Positions 16,689-26,517 of a DNA stretch of 61,654 bases are shown piece after piece. The notes below the pieces were generated by a model. It ran no database searches. It was not told the DNA's origin and saw only the letters and a list, made by a program, of their open reading frames with translations. Made by a program: the position numbers and the translations under genes. The stretch is from Sporichthya sp. GTDB taxonomy: Bacteria > Actinomycetota > Actinomycetes > Sporichthyales > Sporichthyaceae. The stretch covers positions 1-61,654 of the forward strand of contig NZ_JACDFE010000001.1 of the NCBI RefSeq assembly GCF_013815995.1, in the 5' to 3' direction. The number at the start of each line of letters is the position of its first letter. The stretch's first letter is position 1.

Positions 16689-17606
16689 TCACGGCCGACC
16701 GGCGCGCCCAACAGATACCGGGCACGACAGGACCTTGGCCTCGCGAGTAGCGGTGCGCTCCTGTTCGTTGAACGAGGGCGCGATGCACAAGAACAGGGTC
16801 GTGCCGTCGGCGCCGCCGAGCATGCACGCGAAGACGGCGTCGTCGCCGGTCGAGATCTCCTCCAGGATCTCCCCTCCCTCGCGCACCCGCACAACACGGT
16901 GCCCCAGGGCATCGGCGGCCCAGATCAATCCCTCGGCGTCGAGGCAGATCCCGTCGGGCGCCAACCGCAGACCTCCCAGCACCGTCATGAGGTCATCCGA
17001 CTCGGCCGGCTCCCCGAACCTCGCCCAAGCGCGACGGTTGCTCAACGAACCGTCCGGCTCGACATCGAAGGCGGTGAGCTCCTGGCCGAAGGTCTGCGCC
17101 ACGATCAGCGTGCGGCAGTCATCGGTCATGACCGTGCCGTTGGGAACGACGAGGTCCTCGGCCACGATGGTGGCGCTACCGTCCGGATCTACCCTGATCA
17201 GGTTTGTGGACTTGATCGGCTTGCCGGCATGCACATCAAAGCCGATGTTGCCGACGTACGCCCTGCCCTGGTCGTCGACGACAATGTCGTTCAGGTGCCA
17301 GTCGGCCAGTTGGGAGAGGTTGGCGTGCTCGACGAGCCGACCGTCGTCCACTCGCATCAGCTTCCGATCGTGCATCGAGACCACCAGCAGCCGACCGTCC
17401 GGCAACCAACCCAGACCTGAGGGCTGGCCCGGCACCTCCACAACCGTGCTGACGGTCCCGTCGCCGGAGACGGTCACGACCTGGTGGGTGTAGAAATCCG
17501 ATAGCCAGAGAGCGCCGTCGTGCCAGCGCGGCGACTCCAGGTACGAGAACCCGTCTGCCACGACCATCAGGCGGGGGTCGGCCGGGGGGAACGAGGGCGT
17601 ACTCAT
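16689..17606 (-). CDS. SMP-30/gluconolactonase-family protein
   Basis: ESPRWHDGALWLSD, LNDIVVD, PNG and PDGICLDAEG motifs. Confidence 0.92.
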   Translation of the reverse strand: MSTPSFPPADPRLMVVADGFSYLESPRWHDGALWLSDFYTHQVVTVSGDGTVSTVVEVPGQPSGLGWLPDGRLLVVSMHDRKLMRVDDGRLVEHANLSQLADWHLNDIVVDDQGRAYVGNIGFDVHAGKPIKSTNLIRVDPDGSATIVAEDLVVPNGTVMTDDCRTLIVAQTFGQELTAFDVEPDGSLSNRRAWARFGEPAESDDLMTVLGGLRLAPDGICLDAEGLIWAADALGHRVVRVREGGEILEEISTGDDAVFACMLGGADGTTLFLCIAPSFNEQERTATREAKVLSCPVSVGRAGRP

Positions 17607-19225
17607 TCGGAGCCTCCATGGGATAGGTGCATCTCGAGAAGCTTGTTCTTCTGGACCTTGCCCGACGGCGTAGTGGGCAGCGCAGGAAGGACATGCCAGA
17701 CCACGGGGCGCTTCTGCTTCGCCAGCTTCATCTGCTCGAGGAAGTCAATGACCTTCTCCGGGCCGGCCCAGGCAGCCCCGGGCATCAGCGTGACGAACGC
17801 TCCGACGGCCTCGCCGAACCGTTCGTCGGGGACGCCCACGACCGCCGCGCGGTCGATGTCCGGGTAGGCGACCAGCGCGGCCTCGATGTCCTGACAGGAG
17901 AACTTCTCGCCGCCCCGGTTGATCAGGTCCTTGATCCGGCCAACCATGCGGAGCCAGCCGTCCTCGGTGACGAACCCAACGTCGCCCGAGTAGAACCACC
18001 CGTCCTCATCGAGCTGCGCCGCGGAGACCTGACTGTTCGTGTAACCGGCCATCACTTGCGGCCCTCTGATCCGCAGCTCGCCGGTCTGGCCATGCGGAAG
18101 CGGCTTCCGGTTCTCGTCGACCGCCTGGATCTCCGTCCCCTCCCCGATGAGCCCGTCGAACTCCATCCGCACCTCGGGCGGGTCTTCCGGCCGCGGGAGC
18201 GTGCACGGCCCACCGGTCTCGGTCATGCCGTAACAGGTGAGAACCGTGATCCCGAGTCCCTCGGCGCGCTGGAACAGCGAGGCCGGCGTGGGCGCGCCGC
18301 CGCTCAGGAACTTCGAGAGCCGATGATCCGGCGATCGACCCGCCTCGTAACGCTGAACGAGATCGAGCAGGAACACCGACCCGCCCGACATGAACGTCCC
18401 ACCCTCTTGTTCGACCACGTCGACCGCGTCGTCGGGCTTCCATTCCGACAACAGCACGGTCCGGCAACCGGCGACCGCAGGCAGCAAGAAACCGTTGACG
18501 AATCCCGACACGTGCGAGACGGGCGTGCCGTTCATGATCACGTCGTCGGACCCGATACCCATCCGGAGCCGCAGGGTCCTGCCGAGCGCCATGATGGCCC
18601 GACCGCTGAGCATCGCGCCCTTCGGCGCAGCGGTCGTTCCCGAGGTGTACAGCACGAGGGCGCACTCGTCGCCGGGTGCCGGGTCCGGCAGCTGCGCGGG
18701 GTCGACATCGTCCAGACCGAGCTCCGGCAGCGTCGCCCAACCGTCGACCGGGCCCCCGACGCAATATCGAACTGCGACGTCGAGGCCCAGCCCGTCCAGG
18801 AGGTTCGCCATCTCAGCGGCCGGGCGACGCTGCCCCAGCTCGACCGAGACCACGACGGCCTTCGGGCGCAGGTCGGCAAGGATCTGCTTCATCTCGTGCT
18901 CGCGGTAGATCGGCACGACCGGCGAGACGACGGCCCCGATCCGGAAGGCCGCGAGCTGCAGCAGCAGGGCCTCGAGGCAGTTCGGCAGCTGCACCAGGAC
19001 GCGGTCGCCAGGTCCAATGCCGCGCGCCACGAGGTCGCGGGCCGTGAGCCGGACCCACCGGGCGAACTCCCCGTAGCTGTACCGGACACCCTTGAACATG
19101 GTGAACTCGCGGTCGGGCCACCGCTGCCCGTTCTGCTCGATGAGCCAACCGAGCCGTTCCTGGGTCCACATACCGAGCGCCTCGTACCGCTCCTGACGCC
19201 GCGCGGTGTCGGCAGTGCTCGTCAT
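17603..19225 (-). CDS. Acyl-CoA synthetase (AMP-forming; cyclohexanecarboxylate-CoA ligase-like)
   Basis: YTSGTTAAPKG, YGMTE, SGDVG, GRIKDLINRGGEK and TPSGKVQK motifs. Confidence 0.93.
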   Translation of the reverse strand: MTSTADTARRQERYEALGMWTQERLGWLIEQNGQRWPDREFTMFKGVRYSYGEFARWVRLTARDLVARGIGPGDRVLVQLPNCLEALLLQLAAFRIGAVVSPVVPIYREHEMKQILADLRPKAVVVSVELGQRRPAAEMANLLDGLGLDVAVRYCVGGPVDGWATLPELGLDDVDPAQLPDPAPGDECALVLYTSGTTAAPKGAMLSGRAIMALGRTLRLRMGIGSDDVIMNGTPVSHVSGFVNGFLLPAVAGCRTVLLSEWKPDDAVDVVEQEGGTFMSGGSVFLLDLVQRYEAGRSPDHRLSKFLSGGAPTPASLFQRAEGLGITVLTCYGMTETGGPCTLPRPEDPPEVRMEFDGLIGEGTEIQAVDENRKPLPHGQTGELRIRGPQVMAGYTNSQVSAAQLDEDGWFYSGDVGFVTEDGWLRMVGRIKDLINRGGEKFSCQDIEAALVAYPDIDRAAVVGVPDERFGEAVGAFVTLMPGAAWAGPEKVIDFLEQMKLAKQKRPVVWHVLPALPTTPSGKVQKNKLLEMHLSHGGSE

Positions 19226-19608
19226 CAGCACCCCTCACAGGTCGAGACGGGACCGTGCCATGACGTCGTGCCCCGCGAAACCGCGAGGTGGGTGAGTTCG
19301 CCGTCCGGGGTCGCGCCGTGCCAGTGGCGTTCACCCGGATCCGCGATCACGAGATCGCCCACGGAGATCGGGACCGGTTCCGTGCCCTCGATCGCGACGA
19401 GGCCTTGGCCCGATAGCACCACGAGCAACTGGCCGAATTCGTGGTCGTGCCAGAAGGTCCGGCCGCCCCTGACGAACGTCACGACGTGCACCTTGTCGCT
19501 CGCGACCTGCTCCCACACGTGGTGTTGGCGGATCACGCCCTCGCCCTCGAACGTCTGCGAGCGATGCGCACCTGCGTCGGCCGCTTCGGAGGCGCGGATC
19601 ACGCGCAT
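19225..19608 (-). CDS. Cupin-domain protein
   Basis: RTFWHDHEFGQLL...PGERHWHGA cupin motifs. Confidence 0.85.
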   Translation of the reverse strand: MRVIRASEAADAGAHRSQTFEGEGVIRQHHVWEQVASDKVHVVTFVRGGRTFWHDHEFGQLLVVLSGQGLVAIEGTEPVPISVGDLVIADPGERHWHGATPDGELTHLAVSRGTTSWHGPVSTCEGC

Positions 19609-19630
19609 GCCGACCACCTGCCGCCGCTCC

Positions 19631-20836
19631 TCATGTCGTCCGCTCGCTGCCGAAGACACCGACGAAACTGACACAACGGCCGGGAGCGCCACCCAGATTG
19701 TGCGTGAGGGCAAGGTTGCGTCCGCCCTCGGCAATCGCTCGGACCGTGCGCTCTGCGGGAGCCTCGTGCCGCAGCTGCAGGAAGCACTCGAAGAGCATCC
19801 GCAGCCCCGACGCGCCGACCGGATGCCCGAAACTCTTCAGACCACCGTCGGGATTGACCGCGAGCTCCCCTGTGAGGTCGAACGTGCCGGCCAGGACGTC
19901 CTTCCACGCGAGGCCGCGTTCGGAGAAGCCCAGGTCTTCCATCAGCACCATCTCAGTCGGGGTGAAGCAGTCGTGCACCTCGGCAAGTGCGAGCTGGGCG
20001 CGCGGATCGGTCACCCCCGCCTGCGCGTAGGCGTCGCGGGCGCTGCGGACGACCTCGGGGAACGTCGTGTAGTCGTAGTCAGCGTGGCGGACGCCGGTCG
20101 CCGGGCCGGCCACGAACGACAGGCCCTTTACGTAGATCGGTTTGTCGGTGTAGCGCAGCGCATCCTCGGCGCGCACGATCACCGCCGCTGCAGCGCCGTC
20201 GGACACTCCCGAGCAGTCGAACAGGCCGATGTCCCCGGCGACGATCGGGCTGTTCGCGATTGTCGCCAGCGACACCTCCTTGCGGAACTGGGCGCGCGGG
20301 TTGCGGGCCCCGTTGTAGTGGTTCTTCCACGCGATCCGGGTCATCGCCTCCTTGATCTGCGCGCGGTCGACGCCGTACTTCTCGGCGTAGGCGGGCACCA
20401 GGTAGGAGAACTTCGCCGGGGCACTGGCGGCCGTGCTCGTGCCGTCGTTGGCGGGCCCCGGCACGACGAGGCCGGAGTAGCCGGAGTCTTTGAGCTTCTC
20501 GACGCCGACGGCCATCACCATGTCGTAGGCGCCGGAAGCGACGGCATAGCAGGCGTTCCGGATGGCTTCGCTGCCAGTCGCGCAGTAGTTCTCCACACGC
20601 GTGACGGGCTTGTAGTCCAGGGCCAGCGGGCTGGACAGCGTCATCCCCGTCATGCCGGAGCCCATGGTCCCGAGCCAGAACGCGTCGACGTCGTCGATCG
20701 CGACGCCGGCGGAAGCGATCGCGGCGGAAGTGGCGTCCACCAGCATCGACTCGGTCGAGGAGTCCCAGTGCTCGCCGAAGGGGGTGCAGCCCATTCCGAC
20801 GACGGCGACCCGGTCGCAGATCCCGCGCGAGCCCAT
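19631..20836 (-). CDS. Thiolase of the archaeal/PhlC/SCP2-like group
   Basis: RVENYCATG (catalytic Cys), EVHDCF and NPDGGLKSFGHPVGASG motifs. Confidence 0.9.
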   Translation of the reverse strand: MGSRGICDRVAVVGMGCTPFGEHWDSSTESMLVDATSAAIASAGVAIDDVDAFWLGTMGSGMTGMTLSSPLALDYKPVTRVENYCATGSEAIRNACYAVASGAYDMVMAVGVEKLKDSGYSGLVVPGPANDGTSTAASAPAKFSYLVPAYAEKYGVDRAQIKEAMTRIAWKNHYNGARNPRAQFRKEVSLATIANSPIVAGDIGLFDCSGVSDGAAAAVIVRAEDALRYTDKPIYVKGLSFVAGPATGVRHADYDYTTFPEVVRSARDAYAQAGVTDPRAQLALAEVHDCFTPTEMVLMEDLGFSERGLAWKDVLAGTFDLTGELAVNPDGGLKSFGHPVGASGLRMLFECFLQLRHEAPAERTVRAIAEGGRNLALTHNLGGAPGRCVSFVGVFGSERTT

Positions 20837-22269
20837 CAGGCGGCGGCCGATCGCGCGCGGGACGTGCGGAGGGGACGGGCCTTCCAGAAGTAGTCGTGGA
20901 CGCCGTCCACCGTGTAGAAGCGCCGGAAGGTCATCTCGACCGGCATCCCGATCCGGATCTCGTCCGGATCGACGTCGGTCAGCTCGCATGCGTACCGGCC
21001 TCCGCCGTCGAAGTCGACGACCGCGGCGATCAGCGGAACGCCCGGCGCGGAGTAGGCCAACCGGTCGACGGTGAACGTGGCGACCACGCCGGTCGCATCC
21101 GCCAGTGGCTCGACCGTCATCTGGTCGATGGCACGGCAGATCATGCAGACCCGCTCAGGCGGCAGGTGGCGCGTCCCGCAGGCCGTACAGCGCGAGGCCT
21201 CGAACGCGAACTTCCAGCGCATGCTGCGCAGCGACGGCGGCGCAGCGGGCCGGTCGGGATCGGGCCGGCGGGGCGGAGTGTTGCGCAACACCCCGCGCCA
21301 GCTGGTGAACATGTGGTAGCTCAGGGCGCGGCTCCACCCGGCCAGCTGCTCCTCTACGGTGGGCATCCCGGCTCGCGAAGCCAACGCGTCGGTCGTGCGC
21401 AGCAGGAGGCAGTCCGCGCCGTCGGCCAGGGCGAGGACGCAGATGACCTGGTCCGGCCCCGCCCGGTCGAGCGCTGCGGCAAGCAGAACGCCGACCTGCG
21501 CGGCGCCGGGAACGCCGATCCGATCGGCCAGGTTGTCTACGACCGCCTGCATGCCGACCCCGAGCTTGCCGGTGACGGCCGAGGTCGCCCGCACGTGCGG
21601 ACCCGCCACGACGAGGTGGTCGATCGCCGATGGCTCAAGGCACGCCTGCGCGAGGGCACGCTGGACGGCCTGCTGGGCCAGCGGCACATACGCCGTCTCC
21701 CCGAATCGCTCCTCCCAGACGTGGCTCGCGATCTCCCCGGGCACCCGCCAGCGGTCGAGAAACTCGCGCGACACCGACGCGGCCGCGAGCTGGGTCGCGA
21801 TCGGCGGGTCGCCCGGCGAGAACACGAACGCCGCCGCGGCGTCGCCGCCGTTGACCTCGTCCGGCGAACCCGGCAGACCAGTCCTGATGTCGGACAGCAC
21901 GGCGAGAGCAGCCCGGCCGGCGTGCGCGGCATCGGCGGCGGCGCGAAGCGCCCCGAAGCCCGAGCGCACCGACCCCACAACGTCGTACGCGGCGCAGTCA
22001 CCGTCCAGCGACAGCGCCGCGTGCGCGCCCACCGCGTTCGTCTTGTCAGCGTAGGCCGGAGCGGTCGTCGCGAACCAGAGCTCCAGGTCGCGCACCGCGG
22101 TCCCCACCAACGCCTTCCGCGCGGCCTCGACGCCGAGCGAGGTGGTGTCCTCGTCGTGCGCGGCGACGGCACGCGCACCCGTGCCCGCCCGCACGCCCAG
22201 CGCCCGGCCGATCGTCTCGCGGTGGATGCGCCACGGGGGCACATAAACGCCGTACGACGTGATCCTCAT
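20836..22269 (-). CDS. HMG-CoA synthase-like domain fused to DUF35 (Zn-ribbon/OB-fold)
   Basis: ITSYGVYVP...DEDTTSLGVEAA, GGDAAAAF; C-terminal CTACG...PPERVCMIC and FRR...YFWKARP. Confidence 0.88.
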   Translation of the reverse strand: MRITSYGVYVPPWRIHRETIGRALGVRAGTGARAVAAHDEDTTSLGVEAARKALVGTAVRDLELWFATTAPAYADKTNAVGAHAALSLDGDCAAYDVVGSVRSGFGALRAAADAAHAGRAALAVLSDIRTGLPGSPDEVNGGDAAAAFVFSPGDPPIATQLAAASVSREFLDRWRVPGEIASHVWEERFGETAYVPLAQQAVQRALAQACLEPSAIDHLVVAGPHVRATSAVTGKLGVGMQAVVDNLADRIGVPGAAQVGVLLAAALDRAGPDQVICVLALADGADCLLLRTTDALASRAGMPTVEEQLAGWSRALSYHMFTSWRGVLRNTPPRRPDPDRPAAPPSLRSMRWKFAFEASRCTACGTRHLPPERVCMICRAIDQMTVEPLADATGVVATFTVDRLAYSAPGVPLIAAVVDFDGGGRYACELTDVDPDEIRIGMPVEMTFRRFYTVDGVHDYFWKARPLRTSRARSAAA

Positions 22270-22276
22270 CGGACGG

Positions 22277-23434
22277 TCAGGACCCGGCGGGCCGGAACCG
22301 GATCGGCATCGACCCCATGCCCCGGGTCGCACCCGGGACACGACGGATCGCCGACGGGTCCGGGATGTCGTAATCGGGCGCCCGCTCCAGGAAGAGCCGC
22401 AGGAAGACGCTGAGTTCCAGACGCGCGAGGTGGGCGCCGACGCAACGGTGCGGGCCCGCACCGAACGCCAGGTGCTTGGTCGGCGCGCGGTCCAGCTTCA
22501 GCTTCTCGGGCTCGGGGAACTGGGTCTCGTCGTGGTTCGCCCCCATCCAGAGCAGGAGCACCTTCTCCCCCGCCGGGATGACGCTGCCGTCCACGTCGAC
22601 GTCCCGGGTGGTGGTGCGGGCGAGGCCGGGGAACGGCGAGATGTAGCGCAGCAGCTCCTCGATCGACTGCGGCACGCGGTTGAGGTCCTCGACGAGCCAG
22701 GCCCGCTGATCTGGGTTGCGCCAGAGAAGCTCGAGTGCGTAGGCGGCGGCGCTGACGACCGTCTCCAAGCCCGCGGTGAACACCGTGAAGCAGGCGTTGA
22801 TGATCTCCATGTCTTCTAGCGGCCGGCCCTCGATGGTTGCGGCGATCAGATCGCTGGGGATGTCACCTCTCGGGTGCTGCCGGCGCTCGGCGATGATGGC
22901 GCCGAACTGGGCGAAGAGGTCGCCGGCAGCCTCGAGGTTGCCCAACTTGATGATCTTGCCGACGTTCTCCTCCAGCGCCGCCGCTTGGGTCCGGTCCATG
23001 CCGAACAGCCAGGACAGGGTCACGGTCGCCATCGGGAAGAGCACGTCGTTGACGACGTCGCATTCGCCCCGCTCGATCGCCTCGTCGAGGAACTCGTTGA
23101 CCAGCTTGACCAGATCGGGCTCGAGCGGCGAGACACGGTTGAGCCCGAGGTGCGAGAGCAGCAGCTTGCGGTAGTTCGTGTGTTGCGGCGGGTCGAACTC
23201 GATCGGGATCAACGGGACGGGAGCGGCCCGGGGAATCGACGCGCCGTTGGCCGACGAGAAGGTCGCGGTGTCTCTAGCAGCCTCCCAAACGTCGGCGAAG
23301 CGCAGCACGACGTAGTAGCCGTCGTGCGCGTCCGTGTGCAAGACCGGACAGCGCCCGCGCGCCTCCGCGACCACCGAGTACGGGTCCTCCATGCCGGCGA
23401 GCGCGATGTGGTCGAATGTCGGCGCCTCGGTCAT
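22277..23434 (-). CDS. Cytochrome P450
   Basis: AGLETV I-helix, EELLR and FGAGPHRCVG heme motif. Confidence 0.95.
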   Translation of the reverse strand: MTEAPTFDHIALAGMEDPYSVVAEARGRCPVLHTDAHDGYYVVLRFADVWEAARDTATFSSANGASIPRAAPVPLIPIEFDPPQHTNYRKLLLSHLGLNRVSPLEPDLVKLVNEFLDEAIERGECDVVNDVLFPMATVTLSWLFGMDRTQAAALEENVGKIIKLGNLEAAGDLFAQFGAIIAERRQHPRGDIPSDLIAATIEGRPLEDMEIINACFTVFTAGLETVVSAAAYALELLWRNPDQRAWLVEDLNRVPQSIEELLRYISPFPGLARTTTRDVDVDGSVIPAGEKVLLLWMGANHDETQFPEPEKLKLDRAPTKHLAFGAGPHRCVGAHLARLELSVFLRLFLERAPDYDIPDPSAIRRVPGATRGMGSMPIRFRPAGS

Positions 23435-23631
23435 GCGTCATCCCCTTGGATCCTGATTGCGCCTTCCGGGCACGCGTTTTCGGCTGCCCGTGCGCGCGAG
23501 AGCTGTGCGCCGGACACCTCGGGAACGAGGACCACGGCCAGGTCCTCGTCGTCGAGAGCGAACAACGTCGAATCGAGCGTCACGCAGCGGGCGTGCCCTT
23601 GGCATGCCCCGCGGTCCACAGTCAGCTTCAC
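23431..23631 (-). CDS. [3Fe-4S]-type ferredoxin
   Basis: CQGHARC...CPEGAI. Confidence 0.9.
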   Translation of the reverse strand: MKLTVDRGACQGHARCVTLDSTLFALDDEDLAVVLVPEVSGAQLSRARAAENACPEGAIRIQGDDA

Positions 23632-23640
23632 GCTTTGAAT

Positions 23641-23661
23641 CTAGAGACATCGTGTCGCTAG
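23641..23661. promoter_or_regulatory. Putative TetR operator, copy 1
   Basis: CTAGAGACA-TCG-TGTCGCTAG pseudo-palindrome 9 nt upstream of the ferredoxin start. Confidence 0.65.
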
Positions 23662-23684
23662 TGCAAGAGTCGACGGGGGTCCAG

Positions 23685-25640
23685 CTAGCGCGAACCCGTC
23701 AGCTCGCGGTGGGACGCCGGGCGTACGTCCGCCGAGCCCCCGGAGCCGTTCTGAGACAGGTACTCGCGCGCCCGGAAGGACGCGGGTCCGACCAGACGGT
23801 CCTGGCGTTTCGCCGCCTCGGAACCCACGAAGCGTCCGATGCCGCCTTGCGAGGCACCCGCGGCGATGATCGCGGCCAGGCCGAAGCTGATCTGCAGCGC
23901 GAGGTTCAGGTCGGCGTCGCCGATGTAGGCGGGGACGACGACCATGAGCGCCGAGGCGACGACCGAGGCCAGCACGGTGGTCCGTCCAGAGATCGCCAGC
24001 ACGGCCAGCAGGATGAGCGACTGGACGTAGTTGAAGCTGTCCTGGTTGACCGCCCCGAACAGTGAGGCGAAACAGGCCCCACTGATCCCGGCGAGGAAGC
24101 CGGAGATGCAGAAGATGATCACCTTGGACACGTTCACGTCGAGACCGAGCGTCGTGAGCGCAAGCGGCGAGTCCGCCATCGCCCGAAGCAACCGTCCGAG
24201 GCGTGACCGTTCTACGGCGACGGTCACGCCGATGGCGGCGATGACAATCCCGAGCAGCAGGTAGTAGTAGTGCTTGTCGTTGTCCATGCCCCAGAACTGG
24301 GGCCGCCCGGTCGGTAGGACACCGGCCGGGAACATGTAGCTCTTCCCGTATGCGAATTGGGCGACGGAGATGCCGAAGCCCAGCGTGGCGAGTCCGAGAT
24401 AGAGCCCGGACAGCCGGATGGCGGGGATCGCGAGCAGCGCCGCGATCGGTACCACGACGAGCCCGCCGACAATGACGGCCAGCGGCCACGGCACACCGTG
24501 TTCCAGGGCGTGGCCGAGACCGGCCGCGCCGATCGCCGCGAACGCGATGTGGCACAGCGAGATCTGACCCGAGGTACGCACGAGCAAGCCCAGCGAGAGG
24601 AACAGGATGACCTGGGTCATGCCCTGATTCCACGACGGCAGACGCGTGCCGGCGAGTGTGGGCCCGAACAGCGCGACGACGAAGAGTGCGGCGTAGCCAA
24701 GCGCTCGAACCTGGGCGGGGAACGGGCTTACCGGCGGCGGCGCCGGCTTGACCTGCCGGCCGATCTCGACGAGCTTGCGGCGCGGCACGACAAGCAGGAC
24801 CACAAACAGGATGATGAAGGGCAGGTTCAGGTCCAGCCCGTCCAGGTTCGCATGTGTGCCCGACCACTTCCCGACGAGCTTCTGCAGGACCCCGACGGCG
24901 ATGCCGCCGGCAAAGGCGAGCGGCACACTACGGAACAATCCGAAGCAGGCGGCACCGAACGCCTGCACGACCAACAGCGAGAGCACGTTGATGTCCAACT
25001 GACCCTGGTTGGACGCGAACAGCACCCCGGACAGCGACGCGAACGTCGAGCCGATCATCCAGGCCTTGCGGCGTACGGCGGTCGGCGCATACCCCGTCAT
25101 GTCGAGCAGGTTCGGGTCGTCGACGACCCCGCGCATCTGCGTGCCCAGGCGCGTGCGAGTGAACAGCAGCGTCAGCACGACCGCCGAGCCGACCCCGAGC
25201 CCGACGAAGATGAGGTTCTCGTAGCTCAGGGCCACACCGGCGAGGGTGAACGCGGTGTCCTGCGGAAGGAACGAACGGAACTGCAGGGCGGAGGACCCGT
25301 AGATGAGCTCACAGACCGCGCGGATCGCCACCAGCAGGCCGACCGTGCCCACGATCTTGTTCGCGGTCGTGGCGGGTCCCAGCACGACCGCCAGCCGCTC
25401 GAGGATCAGGCCGCTGATCGGACCGAGGATGAAGATCGAGATCACGGCCGCGAGCTGCCAGGGCAGATCAGCCTGCTGGCGTAGCGAGTAGAAGACGAAG
25501 GCCGAGGCGGCGCTCACGGCGCCGTGACCGATGTTGAACAGGCCGGATATCTTGTAGGTGAGTACCAGGCCCATCGCCGAGATGCCATACAGGCAGCCCG
25601 TGGTGATGCCGAAGATCAGGAAAGGGGCGTACTCGTTCAT
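23685..25640 (-). CDS. Fused LivH/LivM-type ABC permease
   Basis: GLVLTYKISGLFNIGHG, TRLGTQMRGV, SGQISLCH, RLSGLYLGLATLGF and SRLGRLLRAM motifs. Confidence 0.9.
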   Translation of the reverse strand: MNEYAPFLIFGITTGCLYGISAMGLVLTYKISGLFNIGHGAVSAASAFVFYSLRQQADLPWQLAAVISIFILGPISGLILERLAVVLGPATTANKIVGTVGLLVAIRAVCELIYGSSALQFRSFLPQDTAFTLAGVALSYENLIFVGLGVGSAVVLTLLFTRTRLGTQMRGVVDDPNLLDMTGYAPTAVRRKAWMIGSTFASLSGVLFASNQGQLDINVLSLLVVQAFGAACFGLFRSVPLAFAGGIAVGVLQKLVGKWSGTHANLDGLDLNLPFIILFVVLLVVPRRKLVEIGRQVKPAPPPVSPFPAQVRALGYAALFVVALFGPTLAGTRLPSWNQGMTQVILFLSLGLLVRTSGQISLCHIAFAAIGAAGLGHALEHGVPWPLAVIVGGLVVVPIAALLAIPAIRLSGLYLGLATLGFGISVAQFAYGKSYMFPAGVLPTGRPQFWGMDNDKHYYYLLLGIVIAAIGVTVAVERSRLGRLLRAMADSPLALTTLGLDVNVSKVIIFCISGFLAGISGACFASLFGAVNQDSFNYVQSLILLAVLAISGRTTVLASVVASALMVVVPAYIGDADLNLALQISFGLAAIIAAGASQGGIGRFVGSEAAKRQDRLVGPASFRAREYLSQNGSGGSADVRPASHRELTGSR

Positions 25641-26173
25641 GGGCGACACACCGGGCAGCCCGCCAACCCGCGTACGAGGACCTCGGCCTCGGTAACCGGG
25701 GCGACCTGCTTGTTCCGCACGAATCGGCAACTGGGCAGGTGCGCACGGGTCATCGATGGGGCCGACACCAGCGCCGGCACACCCGGCGACTCGATCACCG
25801 GCTCGGACGACGCCGTGGGACGGACTCGCGCGACCCGGGGAGCAGTGTCCTGGCCGAGCGGAAGGTCGAGCGCCAGTCGACGTCGCAGGATGACTGCAGT
25901 GAGGAGCCGCTTCTCCTCGCCACGCACCGCCCGCATCCCCGCCTGCACCCAGAGGGTGAGGCCGACGCTGGCGATAGCTGCCGACGCGGTACCGGCGGCG
26001 AGCCAGCCGTACTGGTCACGGAAGTAGGTCTCGCCCGCGCAGCCGTACCAGCTCACGGCGAGACCGACCGCACCCACCGCGACGAGAATCGCCCGGACGA
26101 GGTGATCGCGCAGCACCCACGGGGACACGTCGGTCAGCGAGCGCCAGGTCTGCCCGGCGGTCGCCGTCGTCAT
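25637..26173 (-). CDS. Two-TM protein with C-terminal H-x-x-x-C...C-x-x-C-x-P metal-binding domain
   Basis: Two TM segments; ends RAHLPSCRFV...GCPVCRP; ATGA-coupled to the permease. Confidence 0.75.
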   Translation of the reverse strand: MTTATAGQTWRSLTDVSPWVLRDHLVRAILVAVGAVGLAVSWYGCAGETYFRDQYGWLAAGTASAAIASVGLTLWVQAGMRAVRGEEKRLLTAVILRRRLALDLPLGQDTAPRVARVRPTASSEPVIESPGVPALVSAPSMTRAHLPSCRFVRNKQVAPVTEAEVLVRGLAGCPVCRP

Positions 26174-26517
26174 GAGGTGGTTGCCGCATGGCGGCTGGGG
26201 GACTCGTTCGTGACGTCCGCGCGGGCGACTCGGGCCGTGGGCTGCTGGGGTTGCTCGTCCTGCGCCAGCAGGACCGCCACGGTGTGCAGTTGGCGCCATT
26301 CGTCCCGCAGGTCGGCGGAGATCCAGAACATGACTCCAACGCCGAGCAGGAAGATTCCGAGAAGCCCGCCGGAGACGATGTACGGCAACTGCAGCGCGAG
26401 GTACTCCTTACCGCTCGTCCCGATCCACCCGAAGAGCAAGGCAATCAGGCCACCGACGATCGCCAGCACCGCTCCCACCCTGTCCCACTGACAGCGGATA
26501 TAGGTCATGAACGTCAC
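26170..26517 (-). CDS. Two-TM hypothetical protein
   Basis: WDRVGAV...GWIGTSG...QLPYIVSGGLLG...WISADLRDEWRQL; overlapping start/stop codons on both sides. Confidence 0.78.
   Translation of the reverse strand: MTFMTYIRCQWDRVGAVLAIVGGLIALLFGWIGTSGKEYLALQLPYIVSGGLLGIFLLGVGVMFWISADLRDEWRQLHTVAVLLAQDEQPQQPTARVARADVTNESPSRHAATTS

Noticed and set aside
17627-20893. 1088-aa plus-strand ORF and similar long antisense ORFs (e.g. 7536-9617, 20896-22413, 44345-45685)
   Set aside because: They are shadow frames of well-supported opposite-strand genes in high-GC DNA and have no recognisable motifs.
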